In this document: one piece after another, positions 1 to 12,500 of the stretch
Layout: each line of letters starts with the position of its first letter
Position numbering within the stretch: position 1 is the stretch's first letter
NCBI GenBank assembly: GCA_038087875.1
Contig: CM075988.1
Coordinates: forward strand, 25,918,001-25,978,000
Reading direction: 5' to 3'
Source: Malacoraja senta
Lineage: Eukaryota
Length of the DNA stretch: 60,000 nt
Made by a program: the position numbers and the translations under genes
Notes under the pieces: generated by a model
What the model was told of the DNA's origin: nothing
Databases searched by the model: none
What the model saw: the letters and a program-made list of their open reading frames with translations, nothing else

Positions 1-58
1 GGGATCAAACCCGGGTCTCTGACACTGTAAGGAAAAAATCTTCTGTGCCACTGTGCGG
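1..58 (-). mobile_element. tRNA-derived SINE (HE1/V-SINE-like), 5' end, partial
   Basis: The reverse strand gives a tRNA-like head with a B-box (gggtttgatccc). Confidence 0.7.
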
Positions 59-332
59 CCGTAATAGGTGTGAGAAAAAAGTTTCAAGGTAGTGATTGCC
101 AATGTTAAAGATTTGTAACTGTAGGATATATGCGGAAGTGAGTTCCGTGGGATGGGCGATACATCTGATATTGATCCTAAGTTTACTAAATATGGAAATC
201 TTCATCCATAATTTGCACCTAATGAAGTTGGCTAACCCCGCATAAGAACAAGGTTATGACATTTTCAACATGAGTATTTATCTGGCAGTAAACTTCAATC
301 TTTTGTGATTGTGCAAGTGTCAAACCGTCCAG

Positions 333-506
333 GATCTACAGAAGAAGTTTACGACAGTGAAGATTCTGACGTCAGTAGTATTGGGAGCGTCGACAATGAC
401 TCGTTTACAGACACCAATCGTGCATTTCGTTCTCAAAAGGAAATATGTGAACAACTCAACATCAACCACATGCTTCAGCGCATCTTTCTTATTACCCTTG
501 ACAACA
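333..506 (+). CDS. UBE4A: UBE4A coding exon (first in window); the acceptor could alternatively be 318 or 342
   Basis: Encodes ...[30 protein letters not shown]; donor gtgagt at 507. A start at 333 matches the recalled human segment length. Confidence 0.85.
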
Positions 507-3500
507 GTGAGTATCAAGCATGCTTATCTTGTATGAACAATTTAAAGTTGATGCACCAGTGGCAGAATTACAATATATATTGTAAGTAAGATACAAAATG
601 TTCTACCTGAGTACTCAGAAAAGTATTCCCTGCTGTTGCTTGCACCTGTGCAAGGCTGCCAGTTTGCTGTTGAATTGGGAATACTTTTAAGCTGTGGCAT
701 TGCAATTATTAAATCGGTATATTTTAAAACCTGAGAAATCTGCCGGTCAATGGGTGTAAATAAATGTATTGATGTGCAGAAATGCTCTAATGTTGGTCTA
801 TTGTCCTGGCACTTAAGCTTGTGAATTAAATGTTTCTTTATGAATCCAAGCAAATGTAATTGTTACTTTTCATCTAGATTTGCAGCAGTATAATGGCAAT
901 TGCTATTAATGCGTAGTTCAGTGCTAATCCCTAAATTTGTCTATGATATTTAGCCTATTCACTTTAAGAAAGAATCACTTTATACTATAGGAATGGAAGC
1001 CTATATAGATAGTCCAAGATAAAATCTGACTGTAAGAAATACTTTCCGATCAACAACATCTGCGGGGAGAGAAACAGAGAAGCTTTGTTTTGGTCATTCA
1101 CTTGCTAAGAAAACTTTTGCCAGACATTGCCTAATTTCAAATCCAAAAATCTGTGCAAGATGATTTGATAAGCATTCTTAGGTGAAACACACGAGTTTGG
1201 ATTTAAGCTCTCACCTATATCTTTCCTGCATATAATGCCTTGCTTGGTCTGTTATGGGACAATTGATTAAAAATAAATATTTCTGCTTCTCCTTCCACAG
1301 CCGCTCAATATTTTCAAATCCCATTCTCTTTCTTTAAACGGTTTCTCATATTCTACACCTTGCTGTACCCTCATTGTTTGCATCATGCCCTATGATAATG
1401 TTCTATGCCGTGTTCTTGTATTCCACATCCCATCAAGTTATTTGTTGTTTGTTTATGTATAATTTCTTTATATTCTCTGTATGCAATTATTCCCTCGTTT
1501 CTTTTAATTTCCCCCCCCCCCTCTTTAAATGCAATATTTTGTTGTTGTTGAAGTCAACCACATGAGGCCTGTTCATTAACTCAACTTCTGATAAGTGACA
1601 TTGAGATGAATATTATTTTAATATATTTATAGGTGACCCGAGTTTGAAGGGAGGGAATGGAATTCCACCACGCTGTGTTTTTTTGGACGATATGGCCGTG
1701 GACCTGGATGGGCAGGACTGGCTTGACATGAAAAATGTTGAACAGGTATAAATAATTGCTAACATAGTGTCTTTTTCACTATTTGGGTGATTTCTTGCGG
1801 TATTTAACTAATCTCAATTACATCAGGATGATTACTTACTTAGATATTTGTTTTGGTCAAAACAAGATATTTTGACAAAAGCTATAAATAAGTGATAGGA
1901 TTGAGAGATTCCTGCAATCAGTTGTATCTGTTGCATGCTTGCCTTCATCGGTAAGGGTACCGAGTATAAGAATTGTAATGTGACCTTGATTCCTTGTCTC
2001 CATTACATGAGGTGGCCTTGTCCAGTCACCTGGTTATTGAATAAAGCAAGAGTTTTATATTATCTTGCGCAGGTTTCATTGAGCCATCTGGTGTACATTT
2101 TCTCCACTGCCATTTGATTCCTTAACTCTCAAACTAGCATCCTCTATTTGAGACACCACTCGCCTCCCATTAGCATCAAGAATCTCTTTTTGCAATAAGT
2201 ATTCATGGTTATGTTTGAAACTTGTTATATTCTAGAACCATCACATGTGGAAATCGTACCAACAGTGTAATCACCTTCAAAGAGAAAGCTCCTGCATTTT
2301 ATATTATGATTTATTATTTTACACCACGTCTGCCACTACAAATATTGTGGCTAACAGAAGAATTTGAAATTCTTTCAGTGTTTTTACAGGATAGACATTC
2401 CCTCCTCGTAACTTGAACATCGAATTCGGGAATATCCTGTCACCTCTTGGACTCCCTTCTAAACAATGCAACACCTGTTCAATAATGCAAAGTGCAAAGA
2501 TGAGCACAGGACATCAAGTTTGCCCTGAAAATCAAATGCTGAAATAAAAGGGAAGACGGGACAAATTCAGAAGTGGTGCACCCTTGTAGACTGTTTACAG
2601 ACTCCCTTACCAGGGGAGAAGTAAAACCTCCCAGAGCAGTCAGGAAAATAGCTGAAGAAATTCTACTCTAACCCTCAGAGGCTGCTCGGCAAAGTGATTA
2701 ACCCCTTATGTGCAATTAAACTCCTCTTCCTTCAGGCACTTATCAAGTTTCCTTTTACATATTGGAACAATACATACCACATTATGGTATATTTTTATTC
2801 CGAAAGGTGATATTTGAGAAAGCTAAGTAACTTTTTTTCTACATGAAGGTAGACACAAAATACTGGAGTAACTCAGCGGGACAGGCAGCATATCTGGAGA
2901 GAAGGAATGGGTGACGTTTTGGGTCAAGTCCCTTCTTTGTTTCCACATGTATGCCTTCCCATCCTATTATCCTTATCAGCCAAATGTATTCAATTTTATT
3001 ATTTTATACATCTCAACTATATTCCTCTGAGTAGTTTTTCCTCAAATGGCCCTGACTCCTAAGGTTTTATGAAATTTTCATAAATTTTCTCTACCGTTTT
3101 GAACTCTATTGCAATTTGCAGGCTAAAGTAGAATCAAACCACTGTGTAAATTTGCCAAAGTTTATTTCCATCCAGGCTATTTTACTTTTTATATTCCATC
3201 TTACTCATGATTTCATTGCTGAGAAGGAAATGAAGGTCTAATGGCTAGGTTTTTGCTTGTGGCATGCTGATACCGATGAACAGCAGCATACAATAACGAC
3301 TTGGAGTCATTTTTATCCATTATAGAAAAAACTACTTCCCCCTATTTAGTGTATGCACTCCTTCATAATTTATTTAGTCAGGGTCTAGACCTTGCTGTAA
3401 TGCCGCTGTGGATTTGGCCATTAGTTTGTGTCTCCCATGATTCTGATCTGTAAATTAATGTTTCCGCTTATGTAATTAGAAGGTTGGCAGCAAATCTCAG

Positions 3501-6500
3501 TCTGCGGGTGCTATGCAGCTTCTCAAAATTGATTTCCTTTGAGGAAGAACTACTTGATGTGCATTTTCTGCTTAAATTGAATGACTGTCAAATGAGAATT
3601 TCAAGCAAGCAATTTTATATACTGTTGTTGAAAAATAGAATAATTCACTTCAGTCGTGCATTCACTTCAGTCCAATGATGGTCAAGTATGAAGTCACTGA
3701 TTAAAAAAACAAAAAACAAGGTTTGGTTTATTTTCAATGTTTGTTTAATCCATGAGTTACTTAAGGAACCATGTGATATGATCAAAACAATTATTTTGAG
3801 AAATTAGAGAGCGCCATGCTTTATGAGCAAGTTTAGGAGCGAGAGAAGTGGAAACAATTCTAGAAACAGAAAACTGCAGATGCTGGTTAATACATAAAAG
3901 GATACAAAGTGCTGGAGTAACTCAGCAGGTCAGGCACCATCTCGGAGAACATGATTGAGACCAAAAGCGTCACCTGTCCATGTTCTCCTGAGTTACTCCA
4001 GCACTTTGTGTCCTTTTGAGGAAAAAAATCAGTTTCAGCCTCAATTTTTTTTTCTGTTTTGTTAAGAATAGAGTGACTAGTTTTGTTCTGGTGCAAATAC
4101 AGTGAATGGTTTTGTTCTGGTGCAGTCCTATAAGTGCCTATTACGTTTTAAAACAATTCAATAACGGAATTATGATTAAAGCTCAAATATTCTGCAATTA
4201 GTATTTTGTGCAATTCAGTTGTAATTTGAACTGACAGATATTATCTGGAAATGGTACCTTTCAGACTATATTACACTTGCCAAGTATTAGTAATGTTGTA
4301 AGCCAGGATCAGTATTTTTGCCTTTTATGATGGGTAAGGAATTCGGAATGATGGATGTGAAGTCGATTTAGAATTTTGACCTTGTACCTTTTGACTAAAG
4401 TCAAAGATGACGAACATAAAATATAGATTATTGTTTATTTTAACAGGCTTTGTTCAATCGAATGCTGATTCCAGAACCAGGAATTCATTTGATCTGTATG
4501 ACACCGGCAAACATTATGAATGTAACCGCTGATCGAGATGCTGGAGAGAAGGAAGTCATGAAATACCTATTTGCTTGCTTCCAAAGAGTAAAAGGGGAGG
4601 TATGCACATGCAAGCGTTGCTCCTGTCTCTGGAGCGCAGTAATTCTCCTTTATGTCATTCAATTGACTATTTGAGAGGTATAGATCGGGTAGATGCACAG
4701 AGGTTCTTGCCCAGAGTAGGTGAATAGAGGAATAGATTTAAGGTGAAGGGGAAAAGGTTTAATAGGAATCTGAGGGGTAACTTTCACACAAAGGGTGGTG
4801 GGTGTATGGAACAAGTTGCCAGAGGAGGTAGTTGAGGCTGATACTATCCCAACGTTTAAGAAACAGACAGGTACATGGATAGGACAGGTCTGGAAGAATA
4901 TAGACCTAACGCAGGCAGGTGGGACTAATGTAGCTGAGACATGTTGGCTGGTGTGAGCAAGTTGGACCGAAGGGCCTGTTTCCACATTGTATGACTATTT
5001 CTCGCGTGTGACTAGAAAATGAATAACAGTAGCATGTATATTCAAAGTCATCACACTTTGTCCTCTGCCACACTGAATATTTCAGTTCACATGTGAAATC
5101 AACTTTTGTACTTGACGCAGACCTTTGCCCATGTAGGTATGGTATGGATGGAATTATTTAAAGAGGCAAATAAATTTATCAATTTCAGCCTGTAAGTTAA
5201 AATCTGTGCTGGAATCATTTTTATTATTTGAAATACTACATAATTGTACCACTTTTTCTGTTCGATAGTTTGACGAAAATATGTTTTCTCAATAGATTAC
5301 AAAAGTCCCAGAAAACTTGTTGACTTACGCAATTCGTTGTAAGGTCCTGATTGTGTCCAATGCACGCACTGCTCTTCTCACACCTGAGATCTATGGTGAT
5401 CAGAATATCTATGAACAAATACTTGAATTGCTTCTTGAAGGAGTAAGTGGACCACGTAAGTAAATATTCCAGCCGTAGTATTTGTGTGAGGTGCTGAATC
5501 AGTTTGCACTATGTTTTGGTGAATGTGAAAGAATATATTTGTATACAAGAAATTGCACTTGTACAACACCTGACAAATTTGAGATATTTAGTTTAGCTTA
5601 GGGATACAGCTTGGAAATAGGCCCTTTGGCTCACCGACCATCCACACCAACCATCGATCACCTGTTAGCACTAGTTCTATGTTATCGCACTTCCTCATCC
5701 ACTCGCTACACACCAATTTACAGAGGCCAATGAACCTACAAATCTGCACGTCTTTGGGATGGGGGAGGAAACGAGCTCCCGGATCAAACCCATGCGGTCA
5801 CAGGAGAATGTGCAAACGCCACACAGACAGCATCCGAGGTTGGCATAGAATCCGGGTCTCTGGTGCTGTGTGGCAGCAGCTGTACCCCTCCACCACTGTA
5901 CCGCCTAAATGTTGCAAAGTCCTCCATAGCCACTTCAGTATCTTTTGAAGTCGTTGGCATTCTAATCACAGTTACTAGTTGAATGATATACTCAGAACTG
6001 TCATTTGTCAATGCCCGAGAAATTTGGTCGCAATTGATTTAAAGTCAAAGTTGCTTAGTGGGTTTGAATCGCACTAACAAGCCACATAAGCATGCAATGG
6101 GAAAATGATTGTGATCTCCATGTATGTGATGGGGTCGGCTGGACATAAAATTGTCTGAAAGAGTGTCCCGACCTGAAATGTTGTCTATCAATTTTCTGCC
6201 ACAGATGCTGCCTGACCTGCTGAGTTCTTCCAGCATTTATTTGCTCTAGATACAGTAATAGTGTCAGCTGGGGTGATTGACATTGTTTCTGAAAAATTGG
6301 AGCCAGAATAGGTAATGAGAAAGTCGCATGGGTCAGAACAAAACCAGATCTTGGCAGAAGGAAAAGGGGCTACTGGAATGCAGGTTGAATTGATCCTTTA
6401 TCCGAGCTGCTTACAAATAATTTTCCACAGAATTCATCGATAGAATCATTGTAAATTCCTCCTTTGTGGAGGGAACGCAAATTTTAATTTCCATGGTTTT

Positions 6501-9500
6501 GGAATGCAGCTGGATACACCTTCAGGATACCCAATTCCACTGCCATGATTAAAAAAACAAAAACAACTACAGATGCAGGAAATGTGTAATAAAAACAGAA
6601 AATGTTGGAAACACATAGTAGGTCAGGCAGCATCTGTGGAAAGAGAATTACCGTGATGCAAGGTTATGCACTGGTGTCCTCTCCCATTTCCAACATGCCA
6701 TTCGTTGTTTGGGCAAACCATTTCAAGTCCAATCTTGGAGCAGTGTTTCCCATTGATATTATGTGTCCATATTTATTTTTTATGCACTGTACCTATTACT
6801 AATTTTGAAAAATCAATACAAAATTGTATTCATTGGCTTATTTCATGGATTGCTTCACGAAAAGCATACTACTATCAAAATATTTAAAGCTGAGGGTGAT
6901 ATATAGAGAGGACAGGACATTTGATAAATTTATCGTATCTATTCCAGGATCTTTATGGACAGAAACAAATAATGGGGCTGGAGGGGCTGAGGGGAGCAAT
7001 CGTGCCAATGTTCTGAAATCTGAGTATATGGATTGGATGTGAAGTCTAAGAACATTGTTTTAATGAGATTAGTTGTGGACTGAAATGATGCAGATGATTA
7101 TTTAACTTTCTTGTAAATAAAGACTTTAAGAAATCTTCAAATGAACATAAATGTGATTAGAAATTGGAGGCCCCCAGCAATGTGAGGTACTAAGATAGAC
7201 TGTTACTATTGCCTTGAGCCTGCTAAGTGTGCATGGAAGTGGGATGAAATGTAGCTCTGGGTGTCAATGCTTCTAGCCTTACATTTGCAAGGACTCTGTC
7301 GATCAACTGTATAGAGATGTGGATGGTTATTTAATCTGTCATGACCACCATCCAAAATCAGGAAACAGTTTCCACTATAGAGTTTTCCTTTTTTAAATAA
7401 TTGACGTTTTGCAATAAATATCGTTGATGGAAAGCTTTTTAGCATAAACCATTCTACTTGTTTCAATAAAATTCACAGTGTAATCTCTACTTATACAGAG
7501 TTTGATGATGTTGCTGAGTTCATGGAAGAAGTAATAATGATGTTAAAGGAAGAAGAAGAGGTCAGGACATTCAATGAAGTCATATTTCCAGTTTTGGACA
7601 TAATACTGCACCGTATTAAAGAGTTGGATCTCTGCCACGCAATGCTGTACAGCTATCTGGATGTCCTCCTTTACTTCACCCGGCAGTTTGACCTAGCGCA
7701 AGTAAGAATTCCTTAAAATTCTATCCTATATCCTCTTTTGGTTTGACATGGTCACTGAAGTTACTTGTAGTGGAGTTTCTATCAGCTTGATGTAGAATGT
7801 AATGAATGCGTATTATAGTCTGTTAGCTGCCCTTCCCACGTACCATTCAGTTTAGTTGTTAAACAATTTGTAATGTAGTCAAGTCAATTTTATTTCTATA
7901 GCACATTTAAAAACAACTCTCGTTGACCAAAGTGCTTTACATTAGTGCAGGTACTAATGTGCTACAAACAGTGGTACATAGATCAACAATACATACATAA
8001 ATACATACATACAGTGCTCCCTCAGAGGACCTCAAGAAAGGCTTGAGAGTAGAAATAGGTTTTAAGTCTAGACTTAAAAGAGTTGATGGAGGGGGCAGTT
8101 CTGATGGGAAGTTCCATAGTTCCATAGTCTAGGTGCTGCAACCGCAAAAGCGCGGTCGCCCCTGAGCTTATGCCTAGACGGTCTGATGGTCAGTAACCCC
8201 AAGTCGGCCGATCTGAGGGACCTGGAGGTGGTATGGTGGGTAGGCAGATTTTGATGTAGGTGGGGGCAAGCCCGTTAAGGGCTTTGTATACATAAAGAAG
8301 GAGCTTGAAATTGATTCGGAACCGCACTGGGAGCCAGTGGAGAGAGGCCAGAATTGGGGTGATGTGGTCCCTTTTTCGGGTGCCAGTCAGGAGTCTCGCT
8401 GCGGCGTTTTGGACCAATTGCAGGTGGGACAGGGATGATTGGCTGATGCCAATGTAAAGGGAGTTGCAGTAATCAAGGCGGGAGGAGATAAATGAGTGGA
8501 TGATCAGTGAAGATCAGCAGATGTGATATGAGAAGACACATGACTAAAACAAAATTATTATTTTGTGCTACTATCCCATCTTACATAGTGGGGACAATAT
8601 CACCCAGTAATTCAGATTAAAATGTGATACAATGTGTTTGAAGGAAGGGTGAGTTTCAATCCTATTTTAAGTGAATCTTTAAATAAAACTAAAGATTTAA
8701 GTTTTAAATCTTATCAAGCAATCAAGGTGCTTCTGGACAATGTGGAGTATGGGATGGGTAATTGTTTGCAATGTGTGTTCAGCATGGAAACGGGCCTTTT
8801 AGCCCACCAAGTCCATACCGATTATCCGTTAAAGCTAATTCTGTTATCCTGTTTACCTATTCACTCATTACCTAGTTGGGGCAATTTACAGAGACCAATT
8901 AACCTACAAACCCGCATGTTGAGGGATGTGGGAAGAAACCCATATGGTCACAGGTAGAATGTGCCAACTCCACGCGGACAGCACCCAAGGTCAGGATTGA
9001 ACCCAGGTCTCTGGCACTGAGGTAGCAGCTTTACCAGTTGCACGACTGTGCCACCACACTGTTTTGATGCTGATTCGTTTGAATGGTAAAATTAGCTCAA
9101 GACAAAAGATCTTTTCTGTTCTGTTGTGCTGCAGCTACAAAATCTGCAAAATGACCTCGTGGAGTGTTAATCATTAGTGCCTATTTCTTCAGAGTTTAAC
9201 CAAGAATAGCTTGTATGATGAAAGTTGCCTTAAAAATGTACCAGTCAGCTTGGCTTTATTGTATTACCTTGCTCAGCTCTCAAGTTGCTGACTTGGATTG
9301 GGGGACTGGTTCCATGGCTGCCAGCTGCCCTCTGCCACTTACCTCAAATGGTTGTCTTTTTTTATGTCTCTCCTATCCTCATTCAATCTTGCGCACCCTT
9401 GTAAGCACACCCTCTCTCTCCCATTCTCAAGATTTTAAATGTGCATTTTCCACCCGGGGAAGCTTTGATGGGAGCAAAAATTCTGTTTTTCTTGATATTT

Positions 9501-12500
9501 TGCTATCCTTTTGGGAGATCTTGCGAAAATCCTTTTAATTCTGTAATGGATCGTGGGGTCTGACAGTTGATTTCTACATGTTTTAATGTTTTAAAATGTG
9601 TTATGTTGTAGCTGCTGATTACCTATAATACATTTACGTTTAAGTTGATGTCATTTGTTTTAATATTTAAATTTAATATATATATATATTTTTTAAATCC
9701 ATAAATTGCAATGTAATTAGTTTGTTAAATTTGTCATTAGGCTTTCTTGGATCACATTAAACCAAAGGATCCAAAAAATGGGAACATGTACCAGCAGACC
9801 CTGCTAGGAACTGTCCTGAACATTTCTTGTTTGCTGAAGACTCCAGGAGTGGTGGAAAGTCACTTGTATTTTCTGAATCCTTCACGGTCTAGTCCTCAGG
9901 AAATAAAAGTCCAGGAGTCGAATATTCACCAGGTGCGTCTTTGGCAAGTTGGGTTCTTTGAAGGCCTGTGGTATAGTGCATGCAATTATTTGTTATTTTC
10001 CACCACTTTTATTTCAGATTGCCACACTCTGCCTCTAGTTCAACGAGTAGATTGTATATTTAATTTTGTGTAGATCAGGGGTGGGGAACCTACGGCCTTC
10101 TAGGCCATTAAGTGCGGCCTTTTGAATGAATCCAAATATTGTAGAACAAAATCCTTTTATTTTTATTAATATTTTTTTGTTCGTCTTTTATTTTTTTTAA
10201 TTTTATTCTTAAAATGAACGTATTTTAAATACCAAAGAGTAAAAGAAGATTCAACAAAATAATCCTCCCCGACTGACGGCCACAATTAAAACATTAGTAA
10301 GTCATGAGGGCTATTTTAACAAAGTAATGTACATTTTGAAGTATATCTAATTGAAATTTCTTGGATGCGGCCTTTTTAGATTACAGCTAACTTAATGCGG
10401 CATTCCAACGTGAAAAGGTTTCCCCACCCCTGGTGTAGATCAATCTTGCAAGTAGCCCCAGAATTTTCAGTAAATGTTCAGATTATTAGTAGAGAACCTA
10501 TAGTTTATCTTGCCTCCCTTGTTCCTCATTTCTTCTTCCAACCACACAATCTCCTTAACCTCAATCCAGTGGAGGTTTCTGTATATAAAATTGGTGTCAG
10601 AATCCACTAGGAACTGGTTATTTCTCCATTTAATTCAACTTGAGACTCTTGCATTTGTAATGAATTGATATTGATAAATTAGAGATTGGGTAACTCAAAA
10701 GAATTGGATTGAATATTGAGTATTCCCCTTTGTAATTGTGTTCCAGAATGGTTTATAGTCATCAGTTCTGTCATTGGCATCTCATGACTGTTTCGTTAAT
10801 TTGATTCATGTTGTGTATTATTAAGGAAAATATTTGTTGCTGATCTCTTACTGTCCTTTGGACAAGATGCTGCCTTGGTCTCCACTATTCCATCCAGCAG
10901 CCTGTTCCATAGGTTGTTCAAAATAATATTCACATCAAGACAACTTGAATGTTATTCGTCGAGTTTATTGTCATATGCACAGGCACGTAGATGCGCAGAA
11001 ACACACAAAAGCAAATTATACTTAAATTGCGCGTATTTCTAAAAGAAAGAAGTGCAAGAGAAAAAACAAGACATTGGGGCAAAAAGATTATTATTTTTAA
11101 AAAAGCAAGTCCCTGGTTTTGACAATGATCTTATTGTTGACATTGGTTTGGGGTTGTGCAGGTTGATTCAAGAACCTGATAGTTGTCGGAAAGTTGCTGT
11201 TCCTGAGCCTGGTGATTCTTGCCTCATTTAGCTCCGGGATATTCCTAAAGATGTGTGACAAATACTATCCTCTGAAATGTTTCAGAGGATATTGTTTTAA
11301 CAAATTTTCCCACAAATTATGTAAGTACCAACTGGGTGTTTTTTGGATGTAGGTTTACTTGTATAAGATTTCTGTGGGTTGAGGTTCTGCTGCATACAAA
11401 AGCAGCTAAGTTGGCTGCAACCAGTGTGAATGGATTGTTGCATCATTAAGGGTTAAACATAACCACAGCCAGCTACACAGATAGAGGTCATGTACCTTGT
11501 AGCACAATTTGAAGAGTTGTCCTGACCAACATCATTGACACAATGATGCCTATATTACAGGGTATTATAAATAGTCTGAAAGTTTTTTTTAAATGCAGAT
11601 GTTGAAATTCTGAAATAAAATGCTGGAAAAATCTTTCTGTGGAAAGGGGAATGGCCAATGTTTCAGGTCTGAAACACTTCATCGGACTATTTTTTGCCAA
11701 TGGTTGCTTTATTCACTGATGTAAAAAGTAATCCATTTGACAAATTTTGGAAGCTGTTGAGATGTGATATTTCTCTATTTCAGATTATTTTTAGAATTAC
11801 TCCCATTAAACATGGGGTTGTTGGTGACTGCATTTATTCATTGAGATCACGTGAATCTAATAGTTCTAAACCTTGGTCTTTACATTTTCTTTTGAATCTC
11901 TTTGTCATTGAGGGCACACACATATCTGCTGTTAATTCTGAGTGGATTGGTAGCCAGCTCTGCCTCATTTGCCTGTTGGTTTTCCTGCTGCTTACATCAG
12001 ACATTAAGTTTGTTTAACATCTTAGTTTGGAGAAGAATACTCAGATGTTCTTACTTTCATTTTGCAGTTCATGGTTCAATTTCATGACAAACTCCATCCG
12101 ATTCTACGGAACCTCATCCAGCTTTCCCCTGATACAAAGCAAGGAATCCTTTCCTGGCTCGGAAACTGTCTCCATGCCAACTCTGGTCGGACAAAAATCT
12201 GGGCTAACCAGATGCCAGATCTCTTCTTCCAAATGTATGCATCGGATGCCTTCTTCTTGAACCTTGGTGCGGCTTTGCTGAAACTTTGTCAACCCTTCTG
12301 CAAATCAAAGTCACTGAAGCTTTTAACTTTTAACCCTACTTATTGTTCCCTGAAGGAATTGAATGAAGAAGAGCAGAAAAGTAGAAATGTACATATGAAA
12401 GGTATGAATTGAAATGGAGATGGTGTGTTTTACCAGTGGCTAGAAGTTATTTTGGTTGGGTTGTTAATCTTTCATTTTGTGCAACTCTGTTGTTTTGTTA

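Noticed and set aside
5587..9056. tRNA genes
   Set aside because: The tRNA-like boxes are decayed SINE heads attached to SINE bodies; no intact cloverleaf
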